Origin: Gemmatimonadales bacterium
Lineage (GTDB): Bacteria > Gemmatimonadota > Gemmatimonadetes > Gemmatimonadales > GWC2-71-9
NCBI GenBank assembly: GCA_050733215.1
Contig: JBOHSN010000001.1
Span: 1,487-65,486 of the forward strand
Length of the DNA stretch: 64,000 nt
Direction of reading: 5' to 3'
Shown here: positions 35,504-46,295 of the stretch, one piece after another
How positions within the stretch are numbered: position 1 is the first letter of the stretch
How the letters are laid out: each line of letters opens with the position of its first letter
The notes under the pieces: generated by a model
What the model was told of the DNA's origin: nothing
Databases searched by the model: none
The model's input: only the letters and a program-made list of their open reading frames with translations
Made by a program: the position numbers and the translations under genes

Positions 35504-36988
35504 TCAGGCGGTGAGGCGCCGTTCCAGCTCCCGCTCGGCCTGAGCGCCCACGGCCAGCAGGAGCAGGTCGAGCGGGAGCACGCCCACGCCACCGTTCGCG
35601 TCCGACGCGCGGACGAGTGGTGCGTTGGGGGCGGCGAGGTAGCACCCACCGTGGAACCGCTGGCATCGGTCTAGGAACCGCCGGAGCCCCGTTGCGGCGT
35701 GCCGCGGCGACAGCCCGATCTCAAACGCCAGCGGCTCGGTCGGGTGGTCGTAGATCAGATCCACCTCGGCGTCGCGATCGCGCCAGTGGTGCAGCCGCAC
35801 CTGACTCTGCTGGCTGAGCGCGTGCAGGTGCCCCGCGACCATGTTTTCGGTGAGCATGCCCATCTCGGCGCTGTCGCCCAGCGGAGCGAGGCCGCGCTGG
35901 AGTGCTGCGTTTCGCACCGCCCCGTCCACGAAGTACAGCTTGCGTCCCCGGCGCTGGCGCTGCACTTCACCGCCCGAAAAGTTCGTCAACGTGAAAACCA
36001 GGAACGCCCGCTCTATGTACGACAGATAGCGGTCGAACGTCTGCTGCGACATGCCATCCAGGCTTTGCCCGATCGTGGCAGGTGAGAGGAGTCCGGTGAC
36101 CTGTCCCGCCAGCGTGTAGAGAAAGCGTTCGAGCATCATCGGGTTCTCGACCCCGAACGCCTGCGGAATGTCCTTGTAGATGGCCCGCTCGACCGCGTCG
36201 CTCCGTAGCGTGCGCTGCGACTGAAGCAGCGCTGTCGCGTCGTCGGGTGCCTGTCCGCGCCATGACAGCAGCACTTCGGGAAATCCGCCGGTCAGGAGAT
36301 ATCGCCGCCGTAGCTCGCCCAACCCCTCCAGCGACACGTTCTCTTCCATTGTGGCCCGAATGGTGTGCGCGAGCGTGTCCCGCACCGGGACGCGCACCGG
36401 GTGCTCCATCAACTCGAGAAACTCGGTGAACAGATAGGGCTGGAGATACTGCTCCTCCCACCGCCCGACGCCGCTCTCCACCCTCCGGTCCCGGAGCGCT
36501 GCTGTGCAACTCGACGTTCCCGCGATGCGGATGGGCCACTGCTCGTCGTAGAACGTCTTCAGCCACAAGTCCCAGTTCTTGGCGTAGGTCAGCTCATCGA
36601 GAAATAGATAGATCGGCGCGTCGGTGGCGACGCCGGGAGCGTCAAGGATCAGCCGCACCAGCGCGTCGAGCGGGAAGCGCATGAGAAGCGGATGGTCGAG
36701 GCGCAGCCACCAGAGGCGGTTGGGTGGCACACCAGCCGCCATCAAGCTCCTGACCATCTGGTACATCGCCGTGGCCTTCCCGACCCGCCGGGGCCCCAGA
36801 ATCAGTTGGTATCGCTTGGGCGCGTCCGACTGCAGGCGTTGCCAGAGACATCGGGCGAGGGGACGCTCGATGGCTGGCGCGAGCGCTTCGGGAACGGCGC
36901 CGATGTCACGCCACGGATTCTGCTCGGCGAGCACCTGCCGGTAGTCGGCAGACGTCGGTATCCAGGTAGGGCGGCCAGTTGGAGGCAC
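35504..36988 (-). CDS. AAA ATPase with C-terminal DUF4143-type (restriction-endonuclease-like) domain
   Basis: 494 aa with Walker A LILGPRRVGKAT and Walker B IYLFLDELTY. The C-terminal RDRDAEVDLIYDH...LAFEIGLS resembles the DUF4143 D...E-x-K core, but Gly replaces the usual Lys. Confidence 0.85.
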   Translation of the reverse strand: MPPTGRPTWIPTSADYRQVLAEQNPWRDIGAVPEALAPAIERPLARCLWQRLQSDAPKRYQLILGPRRVGKATAMYQMVRSLMAAGVPPNRLWWLRLDHPLLMRFPLDALVRLILDAPGVATDAPIYLFLDELTYAKNWDLWLKTFYDEQWPIRIAGTSSCTAALRDRRVESGVGRWEEQYLQPYLFTEFLELMEHPVRVPVRDTLAHTIRATMEENVSLEGLGELRRRYLLTGGFPEVLLSWRGQAPDDATALLQSQRTLRSDAVERAIYKDIPQAFGVENPMMLERFLYTLAGQVTGLLSPATIGQSLDGMSQQTFDRYLSYIERAFLVFTLTNFSGGEVQRQRRGRKLYFVDGAVRNAALQRGLAPLGDSAEMGMLTENMVAGHLHALSQQSQVRLHHWRDRDAEVDLIYDHPTEPLAFEIGLSPRHAATGLRRFLDRCQRFHGGCYLAAPNAPLVRASDANGGVGVLPLDLLLLAVGAQAERELERRLTA

Positions 36989-37064
36989 ACATGGAAGGGC
37001 AGTTACGTGTGCTATTTTGTCAATAACATCCTACTTGTGGATGTTAAATGTTAACTAAGACATT

Positions 37065-37340
37065 TCAGCCGTCGGCGGCGAGGTATCGACCCCCGTCCGT
37101 CTTCACTAGCTCGCCCATAGCTCGCCCATCAGGGCGAGGGTTTCGAGATGCCGCTCGACATACGCCGGGGGCGCTCCGATGAAGCCGCTCGTGGCTTCGG
37201 CAGCGGTCAGCGGTTGTGCGGAAACGAGCGTCTTGAGGGCGGCGAGTTGCTCGACCGCGGTCCTGGGCCAGGCGGCCGGCGGAGAGCTCGGCCCAGCGCT
37301 CGGGCAGGGCGCGAAACGGGTCCGACACCGATGACGTCAT
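37065..37340 (-). pseudogene. remnant C-terminus of a large DNA methyltransferase/restriction-type protein
   Basis: Manual frame-2 reading gives PPAAWPRTAVEQLAALKTLVSAQPLTAAEATSGFIGAPPAYVERHLETLALMGEL. This joins frame 1 (VKTDGGRYLAADG stop) once an 11-bp tandem duplication (AGCTCGCCCAT at 37108..37118 and 37119..37129) is removed. No N-terminal body is present. Family assignment is from memory of similar C-termini. Confidence 0.5.
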
Positions 37341-37358
37341 GTACCCGCACGATAGCAG

Positions 37359-39215
<1,857 letters not shown>

Positions 39216-39363
39216 CTATCACACCATGAAATCGAGGCTCACAAGCCGGTGCAATGACCGGCACGCCGGATGCGTCCCGTCGTTCCGATCCCGCTCACAG
39301 CAGTTGGACCTTGGGGGACGCCGCCCGGCGCTCCTAGGACGGCAGTCCGCCCGGAGGAGACCT

Positions 39364-41652
39364 ATGCGTCGCCTGCTCGCGTTCGTGTGTCTCGCGTTCA
39401 CCGCGGTCGCCGTCGGGTGCAGCGGCAATGACGCTACCGCGCCCAGTACGCCGAACGAGCCCGCCACTCGGGCGGTGCCCCCTCCGTCCTTCGCCACCGC
39501 CGACAACGGTGCCGGGCTGTCGATCACGACCGACAAGGACGACTACCAGCCGGGCGACACGGTGTGGTTCACGGGGGCGGGATGGCAGCCGGGGGATACG
39601 CTCGACATCGTGCTCTCGGACGAGCCGGCGACGCACGAACCACATACGTGGTGGATTCCGGTGAACGAGACCGGCGGGTTCCGGGATTCGACCTATGTCG
39701 TGGACGTGGGGGACCTGGGAGTAACCTTCACTCTGACAGCGGCCAGTCGGGCAAACCCTGAGCAGGCGCTGACGGTCCAATTCACGGACGCCGCCCCCAC
39801 CAACGTCTCCTCCACGCTCAACGGCACTACCTTTTCGTTTCCTCCGCCGCCGCCCGCGAACCAGAACGCCACCAATCCTATCACAGTTGCGGCCGGTACC
39901 TCGGTAACGATCAACGTCACAGCTACGACTGTAGCCGGGATGCCTGGGGGAGCAAACTGGCAGAGCACTGGAGTATCACTGCGTGTGAATGGCCAGCCCA
40001 CCTTTGGGACAGAGAGCTGTGACGACTTTGACGTGGTGTCGAATAACACCGTGCAGACCACCTCACGCCAATTCACGTTCACTGCCCCCGCACCGGCCAG
40101 TACCACCAAGTATGACGTACGGGTTCGTGCCTACATCGGCAATGGCTGCAGCGGTACCAGCGGCTCCACGCCAGCTGCGAGTGAGTTCGGCGTTCTAATC
40201 GTCTCCGCCGCCAACGCAGCGCCAAATGCTCCGGCGACCCTGGCACAATTCAAGTCGAACGGCACGACGAGCATCCCCACCGGTGGGTTGACCAACGAGG
40301 GAACGGTGGTCCTGAAGGGAACGGTGACGGACCCCGACGCAGGTAACACGGTCAAGCTCCAGGTGGAGGTACAGCCGGTCGGAACCACCTTCACAAACAC
40401 GCCGACCGCCGAGTCGGGCCCCCTGGCCAGCGGAAGCACGGCGTCGGTGACCGTGAGCGGACTGGACGATGACAGCTATCACTGGCAAGCTCGGGCAGTG
40501 GACAACAACGGGGCTGCCAGCGCCTGGGCGAGCTTCGGCGGCAATCTGGAAAGCGCTACTGACTTCCAGGTGGATCAGACGCCGCCGACGGTGACCATCA
40601 ATCAGGCCGTTGGACAGGACGACCCGACGAACGCTTCGCCGATCAATTTCACGGTCGTGTTCAGCGAGTCCGTGAGCGACTTCGCGACCGGCGATGTCAC
40701 GCTGAGCGGGACGGCGGGCGCGACGACCGCCACCGTGACAGGGAGCGGAACGACCTACAACGTGGAGGTCAGCGAGATGACCGGCGACGGAACCGTCATC
40801 GCGACCGTCGCGGCCGGGGTTGCCAGCGATGCCGCCGGCAATGCCAATCTGGGGTCCACCAGCACCGACAATACGGTGACCTATGACACGACGCCGCCAG
40901 CGATCTCGAACTTCAACGTCAGCCCTAACCCCGTGGCCGTGAACACGCTGTTCACCATCAGCGCCACATTCATCGACGAACTGAGCAATGTGACCGGCGC
41001 CGAGTACAGCCTCGGCGGCACGGCGGGCCCGTGGTACGCCCTCGGGGGGAGCTACGACTCCCCGACCGAGAACGGATCGACCACGACCAGCCTGGCGAAC
41101 CCCGACGTGCTCGACGTCTGCGTACGGAGTACCGATCTGGCCACTAACACCAACCAGACCACAGGCACCAATCCGATCCAGTGCATCTTCCTCGCGGTCT
41201 ACGACCCCACGGCGGGCTTCGTGACCGGTGGCGGCTGGATCGATTCGCCGAGCAGCGCGTGCCCGATCTTCTGCTCGGGCGCCGTCGGGAAAGCGACCTT
41301 CGGCTTCGTGTCGAAGTACATCAGCCAGAAGGACAAGACGACCCCGGTGCTGACCGGGAGCACGGAGTTCCAGTTCCACGCCGGCAACGTGAACTTCAAG
41401 AGCACGAACTACGAGTGGCTCGTAGTCTCGCAGAACGGAACCCGGGCTCAGTACAAGGGGACCGGAACCGTCAACGGTGTGCCGGGATACGGCTTCCTCC
41501 TCACGGCGCTGGAAAGCCCCGACCGGTTCCGGATGAAGATCTGGGACGATTCGGGCACGATCTACGACAACCAGTGGGACAAGGCCGATTCCGGAAACGA
41601 TGCCACGGTGCTCGGGGGCGGAAGCATCATCATCCACGTCCCGAAGAAGTGA
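39364..41652 (+). CDS. large surface lipoprotein with multiple Ig-like/beta-sandwich domains
   Basis: ATG 39364 is preceded by GGAGGAG. N-terminus MRRLLAFVCLAFTAVAVGCSG has a lipobox. 762 aa, Thr/Ser/Asn/Gly-rich, with repeated beta-sandwich-like segments (DQTPPTVTINQ, YDTTPPAISNF). The C-terminal module is FGFVSKY...EFQFHAGNVNFKSTNYEWLVVS...YKGTGTVNG...FRMKIWD. GC is visibly lower than in flanking genes. Confidence 0.85.
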   Translation: MRRLLAFVCLAFTAVAVGCSGNDATAPSTPNEPATRAVPPPSFATADNGAGLSITTDKDDYQPGDTVWFTGAGWQPGDTLDIVLSDEPATHEPHTWWIPVNETGGFRDSTYVVDVGDLGVTFTLTAASRANPEQALTVQFTDAAPTNVSSTLNGTTFSFPPPPPANQNATNPITVAAGTSVTINVTATTVAGMPGGANWQSTGVSLRVNGQPTFGTESCDDFDVVSNNTVQTTSRQFTFTAPAPASTTKYDVRVRAYIGNGCSGTSGSTPAASEFGVLIVSAANAAPNAPATLAQFKSNGTTSIPTGGLTNEGTVVLKGTVTDPDAGNTVKLQVEVQPVGTTFTNTPTAESGPLASGSTASVTVSGLDDDSYHWQARAVDNNGAASAWASFGGNLESATDFQVDQTPPTVTINQAVGQDDPTNASPINFTVVFSESVSDFATGDVTLSGTAGATTATVTGSGTTYNVEVSEMTGDGTVIATVAAGVASDAAGNANLGSTSTDNTVTYDTTPPAISNFNVSPNPVAVNTLFTISATFIDELSNVTGAEYSLGGTAGPWYALGGSYDSPTENGSTTTSLANPDVLDVCVRSTDLATNTNQTTGTNPIQCIFLAVYDPTAGFVTGGGWIDSPSSACPIFCSGAVGKATFGFVSKYISQKDKTTPVLTGSTEFQFHAGNVNFKSTNYEWLVVSQNGTRAQYKGTGTVNGVPGYGFLLTALESPDRFRMKIWDDSGTIYDNQWDKADSGNDATVLGGGSIIIHVPKK

Positions 41653-41682
41653 CCTGACCGAGACGCAACGACCCCCAGGAAC

Positions 41683-41720
41683 GCGAAGGTCCGGCCCGCG
41701 CCGGGCCTTCGCTTTTTCTT
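41683..41720 (+). terminator. rho-independent terminator
   Basis: GCGAAGGUCCGGC-CCGC-GCCGGGCCUUCGC followed by UUUUUCUU, 31 nt after the stop of the large lipoprotein gene. Confidence 0.8.
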
Positions 41721-42175
41721 CCACCCACCCACGGGATGGCGGAGGCGCCGGCGCCAAATTCGTTTGGCATCCCGCATCAATGCCGCGCTACCGGTCCCGA
41801 CCCCAAAACCCGGTGAGTGTTGTCACGACGCCAGTTAGACGCACGTCATCGCCGGGCACGCGATATGCTTGTTATGCTAGCAGTCACGCGGGTCGGCCGG
41901 CCGGATTCCTCCGGGAACCCGACCTCACCCGGCGACATTCAGCTAGCAAGTGCGCCAACAGCGGTCACCCGCACCCTGACGGGCAAGGACAAACTGTTGA
42001 CGATCGGAATCATGCTGTTGCTGACCATGCTGGTGATTGGTGCGGCCCTGACGCCGGCGCTGGTGCGCCCCCGTCCCGTGCTGCTCATGGCCCGAACGCG
42101 GGACCGCCGCCGCTAGGCGCCGTACGCGCCCACAACGACGACCCCCGCGCCTCGGGAGAGACGCGGGGGTTTCGT

Positions 42176-42745
42176 ATGGAACGGCCACTTGTGCTGACCG
42201 CAATCATCGCGCTCCACGCCGCCGGCGTGGGCAGCGCGGCCGCCGCGCAGCGGCTGGTGGACGTGCGGGAGATCCCCACCGACACGCTGCGCGACGTCGC
42301 GGTCGTCGCCTACGAGCAGGGCCGCCCCGTCATTTATTACAACCCGGTACTCATGCAGCGGGTCGGGCCGCAGCTCGCCGACTTCTTCATGGCACACGAG
42401 TACGGCCACATCGCCTATGGCCACTCCGGCGCCGCGCTGACCCTGGGCGGCACCGATGTCGGCACCGTTCGCCAGCAGCAGGAGCTCGAGGCAGACTGCT
42501 ACGCGACCTCCGCCCTGGCCGAGCGGAACGGCGCCGCGGTCGCAACCGCGCTCCAGTTCTTCACCCGTCTCGGCCCGTTCCGGTTCGACAATCTCCATCC
42601 CACGGGCGCGCAGCGCGCCGCGAAGATTCTCGCGTGCATCCCCCCCGGGGTTGAGCTGCCGCGAGCCGACGCGCCCCTTGCGGCTCTCCCTATCGGCTGG
42701 TCCGCCCCACGGGCGCCCGCGCCCACCAAGGCCATCGCTCAGTAG
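42176..42745 (+). CDS. secreted hypothetical protein with HExxH-like motif
   Basis: ATG 42176 gives MERPLVLTAIIALHAAGVGSAAAAQ (signal peptide), with FFMAHEYGHIAYGH and QQELEADCYA downstream, suggesting a small zincin-like fold. The upstream part of the track ORF is non-coding-like. Confidence 0.65.
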   Translation: MERPLVLTAIIALHAAGVGSAAAAQRLVDVREIPTDTLRDVAVVAYEQGRPVIYYNPVLMQRVGPQLADFFMAHEYGHIAYGHSGAALTLGGTDVGTVRQQQELEADCYATSALAERNGAAVATALQFFTRLGPFRFDNLHPTGAQRAAKILACIPPGVELPRADAPLAALPIGWSAPRAPAPTKAIAQ

Positions 42746-42988
42746 AGCAGCCGGACGGCGTCCCATCGATCCCACACTCCGGCGAAGAGCCCGCAAGCGG
42801 CGAGCAACGCCGCGTCGAGCTCGCGCCGGAAAGGGCCGTGGGGCTAGGTTGAGACCAGCCCTCAGCCTGGAGCGCGACGTGGAGGTGCATCGCCGGTTCG
42901 TGGTCTCGGGAAACGGCTGGCCCGCGTGATCTCGACGACGGACATCGTCCGGGCGGTAGCGAGGCGCCGGCTGTAGAAACCGCCCCCC

Positions 42989-43630
42989 GTGACCTGGACC
43001 GTCCTGGCGGCGTGCATCGGCCTCTTATCCTCCGGCCTCTTTTCCTCGCTGCTCCGGCTCGACCGGGCGACGTTCGTCCTCGCGCATACCGTCCTGGTGC
43101 TGGGGTTCGTGGTGCTGTACTGCCGGAGCGCCGGCATCAGTGCGCTCCCTCAGATCCGGCGGCGGTGGGTCGGCGGCGCCATGGGCGGACTGGCGTTCGG
43201 TCTCATCCTGATCCGCGATGTCACGCAGCAACCGGGCTCCCCGGGTCCCTCCGAGGGTGGGCTGGCCGCCGCGCTGGTCTGGTTGGGATTGGTATACGGG
43301 CTGTCGGATGCGCTGCTGCTGAGCGTCGTCCCCGTCCTGAGCATCTACGGCTCACGGGGAAGCGAACTCGTCCGCGGCTTCACGCACCGCCTGCGTTGGG
43401 GGCTCGCCGCGCTCGGCGGCAGCCTCCTCGTGACCGCGCTCTATCACCTGGGCTTTGCCGAGTATCGCGGGCGCTCACTGGTGCAGCCGCTGATCGGCAA
43501 CGCGATCGTCACCGCCAGCTACCTGCTGACCGGTAGCCCGCTCGCGCCGATCATTGCGCACGTGATGATGCACGGAGCGGCGGTGATGCACGGCCCGGAG
43601 GCGACGCTCCAGCTGCCACCGCACTACTAG
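42989..43630 (+). CDS. hypothetical polytopic membrane protein
   Basis: 213 aa from a GTG start, with about six hydrophobic helices. I recognised no motif. Confidence 0.65.
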   Translation: MTWTVLAACIGLLSSGLFSSLLRLDRATFVLAHTVLVLGFVVLYCRSAGISALPQIRRRWVGGAMGGLAFGLILIRDVTQQPGSPGPSEGGLAAALVWLGLVYGLSDALLLSVVPVLSIYGSRGSELVRGFTHRLRWGLAALGGSLLVTALYHLGFAEYRGRSLVQPLIGNAIVTASYLLTGSPLAPIIAHVMMHGAAVMHGPEATLQLPPHY

Positions 43631-44484
43631 CGATCGCGCGTGCGAGCGGGCTCGTACGCCGTCCGCACGATGCGTCCGCGCCAATAGGGCGTCGGCCCGT
43701 CGGGCAGCAGCCATTCCACCTCGCCCGACATCGGGACCATCATCCCCTTCACCCGCGTGTAGTCGCTGAAGCGTCCGGTCCACGGCGTGAGCACCCCGAC
43801 GCCGCTCACATCGCGGTGGCGCATCGCGGATACCCGAGTGATCTCACCGCCCGGTGCGAAATGCACGTCCAGGGCAACGGTCGTCGCGCCGTCGGTGAGC
43901 GTGGCACGTGCGGTGGCGTCGTCGATACCGGCCCACGACAGCCCCTCGCGCGGCAGCAGCGCGGTGGGCAGCCACACGCATTCAGCGAGATAGCGGAGGA
44001 GCGCGCCGGCCGCGAGCTCGGGTGTGCCGCGCTGATCCACCACCGGCCATACGCCCCAGATGCGGCCGAGCATGGACCCTTCGCCGCGCACGTACCCATC
44101 GCGCACGTGGATCGCCACGAGCGGCGCCATGCGGATGCGCGCGTCCCATACGAACCCGGGCGGATCGGCGGCGAAGTGCTGCACGGCGGTGAATGGACTC
44201 CACCTCCCCCCCGGCCGCGCGAGGAAGTCGCCGGCCGTTCGGATGGTGGCCCGCCGAACGATCGGCTGACCCGGCGCGAGCGCGAAGCGGAAGTAACGCG
44301 CGACCGGGCTCGGCAGCTCGACGAGCTGCCCTTCGCTGAACGTCTCCGGGCCGCGTACGGCCGGCGGCCCGAGCCGCGTGTGCGCGCGGGATGTTGCACG
44401 GCTCCAGAGCATGGCGCCGGCTGCCGCCGTTGCGGCCGCGGCAGCTGTCAGCGCACCGGCGCCGAGGCCGACGATCCTGAGCAA
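43627..44484 (-). CDS. hypothetical protein (resembles DUF6544-type proteins, from memory)
   Basis: 285 aa from TTG 44484, with an N-terminal TM anchor then a globular region (VARYFRFAL...AVQHFAADPPGFVWDARI...LRYLAECVWLPTALLP). It overlaps the upstream convergent stop by 4 nt. Confidence 0.65.
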   Translation of the reverse strand: MLRIVGLGAGALTAAAAATAAAGAMLWSRATSRAHTRLGPPAVRGPETFSEGQLVELPSPVARYFRFALAPGQPIVRRATIRTAGDFLARPGGRWSPFTAVQHFAADPPGFVWDARIRMAPLVAIHVRDGYVRGEGSMLGRIWGVWPVVDQRGTPELAAGALLRYLAECVWLPTALLPREGLSWAGIDDATARATLTDGATTVALDVHFAPGGEITRVSAMRHRDVSGVGVLTPWTGRFSDYTRVKGMMVPMSGEVEWLLPDGPTPYWRGRIVRTAYEPARTRDR

Positions 44485-44730
44485 CGCGGGATTCAGGGGA
44501 GCCGTCCCGTCCGCGTCCCGATCACGAGCGCGGCGGCGCGCATGCCGCCGTCGCCGACGTCGAGCCGCCCGCCCGGCAGCGTGGTCCGGGCCATGAGCAC
44601 CGCGAGCGCGATTCGCACTTACACCGCCGCGCCAATGTCGTGCTGCAGCTCACCGTCGCGCGTCATGGTTCCGCCGGGCGGGAGTCGGATCGCGCTACAG
44701 TAGGATAAGTACGGGCGGGTGAACGGGCCA

Positions 44731-45024
44731 TCAGAGCCGGTCGAGATCGTCTTTCCCGATCGCCGGCGCCCAGGGCCAGATCTCGTACTGCACCATGCCC
44801 TCGCGGGTGAACGGGTCGTCGTCGCGGATGCGGTCGAGCGCCGTCTGCGGGGTCTCGTCCGGTACGCGGAGGAGGAGCGCGGCTCCGGTCCGCGGCACGA
44901 AGGGACCCGATGCAATGAGGGTTCCTGCTTCCTGGAGCTTCCGCAGGTACGCCCGGTGGACTTCCACCAGCGTCAGGACCTCCTCGAGCGGCTTCCGGTA
45001 CCGCAGAATCGCGATGGCGTACAT
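44731..45024 (-). CDS. YciI family protein
   Basis: 97 aa from ATG 45024: MYAIAILRYRKPLEEVLTLVEVHRAYLRKLQEAGTLIASGPF...DPFTREGMVQYEIWPW. The longer track ORF (to 45315) has an implausible N-terminus. Confidence 0.8.
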   Translation of the reverse strand: MYAIAILRYRKPLEEVLTLVEVHRAYLRKLQEAGTLIASGPFVPRTGAALLLRVPDETPQTALDRIRDDDPFTREGMVQYEIWPWAPAIGKDDLDRL

Positions 45025-45071
45025 CCGTTGCTCCTCAGGTCTGGCGAAACCGGGACGACACATAGCAGGGG

Positions 45072-45138
45072 CGAAGGACACGACGAACAAGAATATGGTT
45101 GTGTTCTTCGCGGCTTCTTGTCTTCTTTTGTGCCTTCG
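45072..45138. repeat. degenerate purine-rich hairpin related to the 4086 and 8678 elements
   Basis: CGAAGGACACGACGAACAAGAA (45072..45093) pairs imperfectly with TTCTTGTCTTCTTTTGTGCCTTCG (45115..45138). It lies in the divergent spacer between the YciI and DinB-like genes. Confidence 0.5.
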
Positions 45139-45156
45139 TGGTCGCGAGGAGACTCG

Positions 45157-45660
45157 ATGAGTGACGATGTGGGCGCGGCGTACCTGCGGGAGGCATTGCG
45201 GGTTTTCCGCCAGTACAAGGACCTCGGCGACAAGGCCATGGCACAGCTCGAGCCCGCGGGGCTCTTCCGGACGCTCGACGACGAGTCCAACAGCATCGCC
45301 GTGATCGTCAAGCACCTGGGCGGGAACATGCGGTCACGCTGGACCGACTTCCTCACGTCGGATGGCGAGAAGCCGGACCGGAACCGTGACGCCGAATTCG
45401 AGCTGACTGCCAGCACCACGGACGCCGACGTGCGCCGCTGGTGGGAGGAGGGCTGGCGCTACGTCTTCGCGGCGATGGAGCCGCTTCGCCCAGACGACCT
45501 GCTCCGCACCGTGACCATCCGCGGGCAGCCCCACACAGTAATCGAGGCCATCGACCGCCAGGTGGCCCACTACGCCTACCACGTGGGCCAGATCGTGGTC
45601 CTCGCCAGGCACCTGACGGGCGAGCGCTGGCAGACTCTCAGCATCCCGAAACGTCGCTAG
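45157..45660 (+). CDS. DinB superfamily protein (DUF1572-like)
   Basis: ATG 45157. IAVIVKHLGGNMRSRWTDF and QVAHYAYHVGQIVVLARHL are typical of DUF1572/DinB_2. Confidence 0.82.
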   Translation: MSDDVGAAYLREALRVFRQYKDLGDKAMAQLEPAGLFRTLDDESNSIAVIVKHLGGNMRSRWTDFLTSDGEKPDRNRDAEFELTASTTDADVRRWWEEGWRYVFAAMEPLRPDDLLRTVTIRGQPHTVIEAIDRQVAHYAYHVGQIVVLARHLTGERWQTLSIPKRR

Positions 45661-45740
45661 CGAACGGGGCTCGGCGGCCGACTTGCCGCCATGCTTCCGG
45701 TCCCGCTTCTTACCGCACGTCTCGCCTCCGGAGTGATTCG

Positions 45741-46295
45741 GTGCAGCAGGTCAAAGGTGCGGTCCTCAAGTCGCGGCTCTCGTTCGTCGAGGAGCACTTC
45801 GCCAAGGACGGCGTGCAGCGCGTCCTCCAGAGTCTGTCGCCCGACGATCAGCGGCCGCTCCGGATGCTCTTCACCTCCAACTGGTACCCGTTCGAGCTCG
45901 GGCGCCGCCTGGATGATGCCATCGTCCGGGTGCTGGGCGGTGGGCGGCCGGCGTTCTTCGAGCGGCTCGGCGCTGCGTCGGCGGACAAGAACCTCGGCTC
46001 GCTCCACAGCGGGTATCTCACACCGGGCGACCCGCACGGCTTCCTCGCCAAGGCGCCGCAGATCTACGCGCTCTACTACGAGACCGGACGCCGCGACTAC
46101 CAGCGCACCGGCGACAAATCGGGCGTGCTCACAACCCACGACGCCGAGACGTTCAGCGCGCCCGACTGCCTGACGGTGGTGGGCTGGTACCGGCGCGCGC
46201 TGGAGCTCTGTGGCGCGCAGGGCGTGCAGGTGACGGAGGAGGAGTGCCGCGCGAAGGGCGGCGCGGTGTGCCGGTATCGAGTGACCTGGAGATGA
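45741..46295 (+). CDS. hypothetical protein (possibly DUF2378-like)
   Basis: GTG 45741 gives VQQVKGAVLKSRLSFVEEHFAKDGVQRVLQSL...CRAKGGAVCRYRVTW. It looks like a coherent globular sequence. The family call is from memory only. Confidence 0.6.
   Translation: MQQVKGAVLKSRLSFVEEHFAKDGVQRVLQSLSPDDQRPLRMLFTSNWYPFELGRRLDDAIVRVLGGGRPAFFERLGAASADKNLGSLHSGYLTPGDPHGFLAKAPQIYALYYETGRRDYQRTGDKSGVLTTHDAETFSAPDCLTVVGWYRRALELCGAQGVQVTEEECRAKGGAVCRYRVTWR

Noticed and set aside
41817-42116. 99-aa ORF in the lower-GC spacer
   Set aside because: Only the last ~34 codons look protein-like (one TM helix). The N-terminal two thirds look non-coding. I kept it as a low-interest observation, not a feature.
42746-42988. 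Spacer with several 60-90-aa ORFs on both strands
   Set aside because: No frame shows a start context, motif or sensible composition. I treated it as intergenic.
44485-44730. Short reading MTRDGELQHDIGAAV-stop-VRIALAVLMARTTLPGGRLDVGDGGMRAAALVIGTRTGRLP between two minus-strand genes
   Set aside because: It may be a remnant of a degraded gene, but it is too short and I cannot assign a family, so I did not call it.
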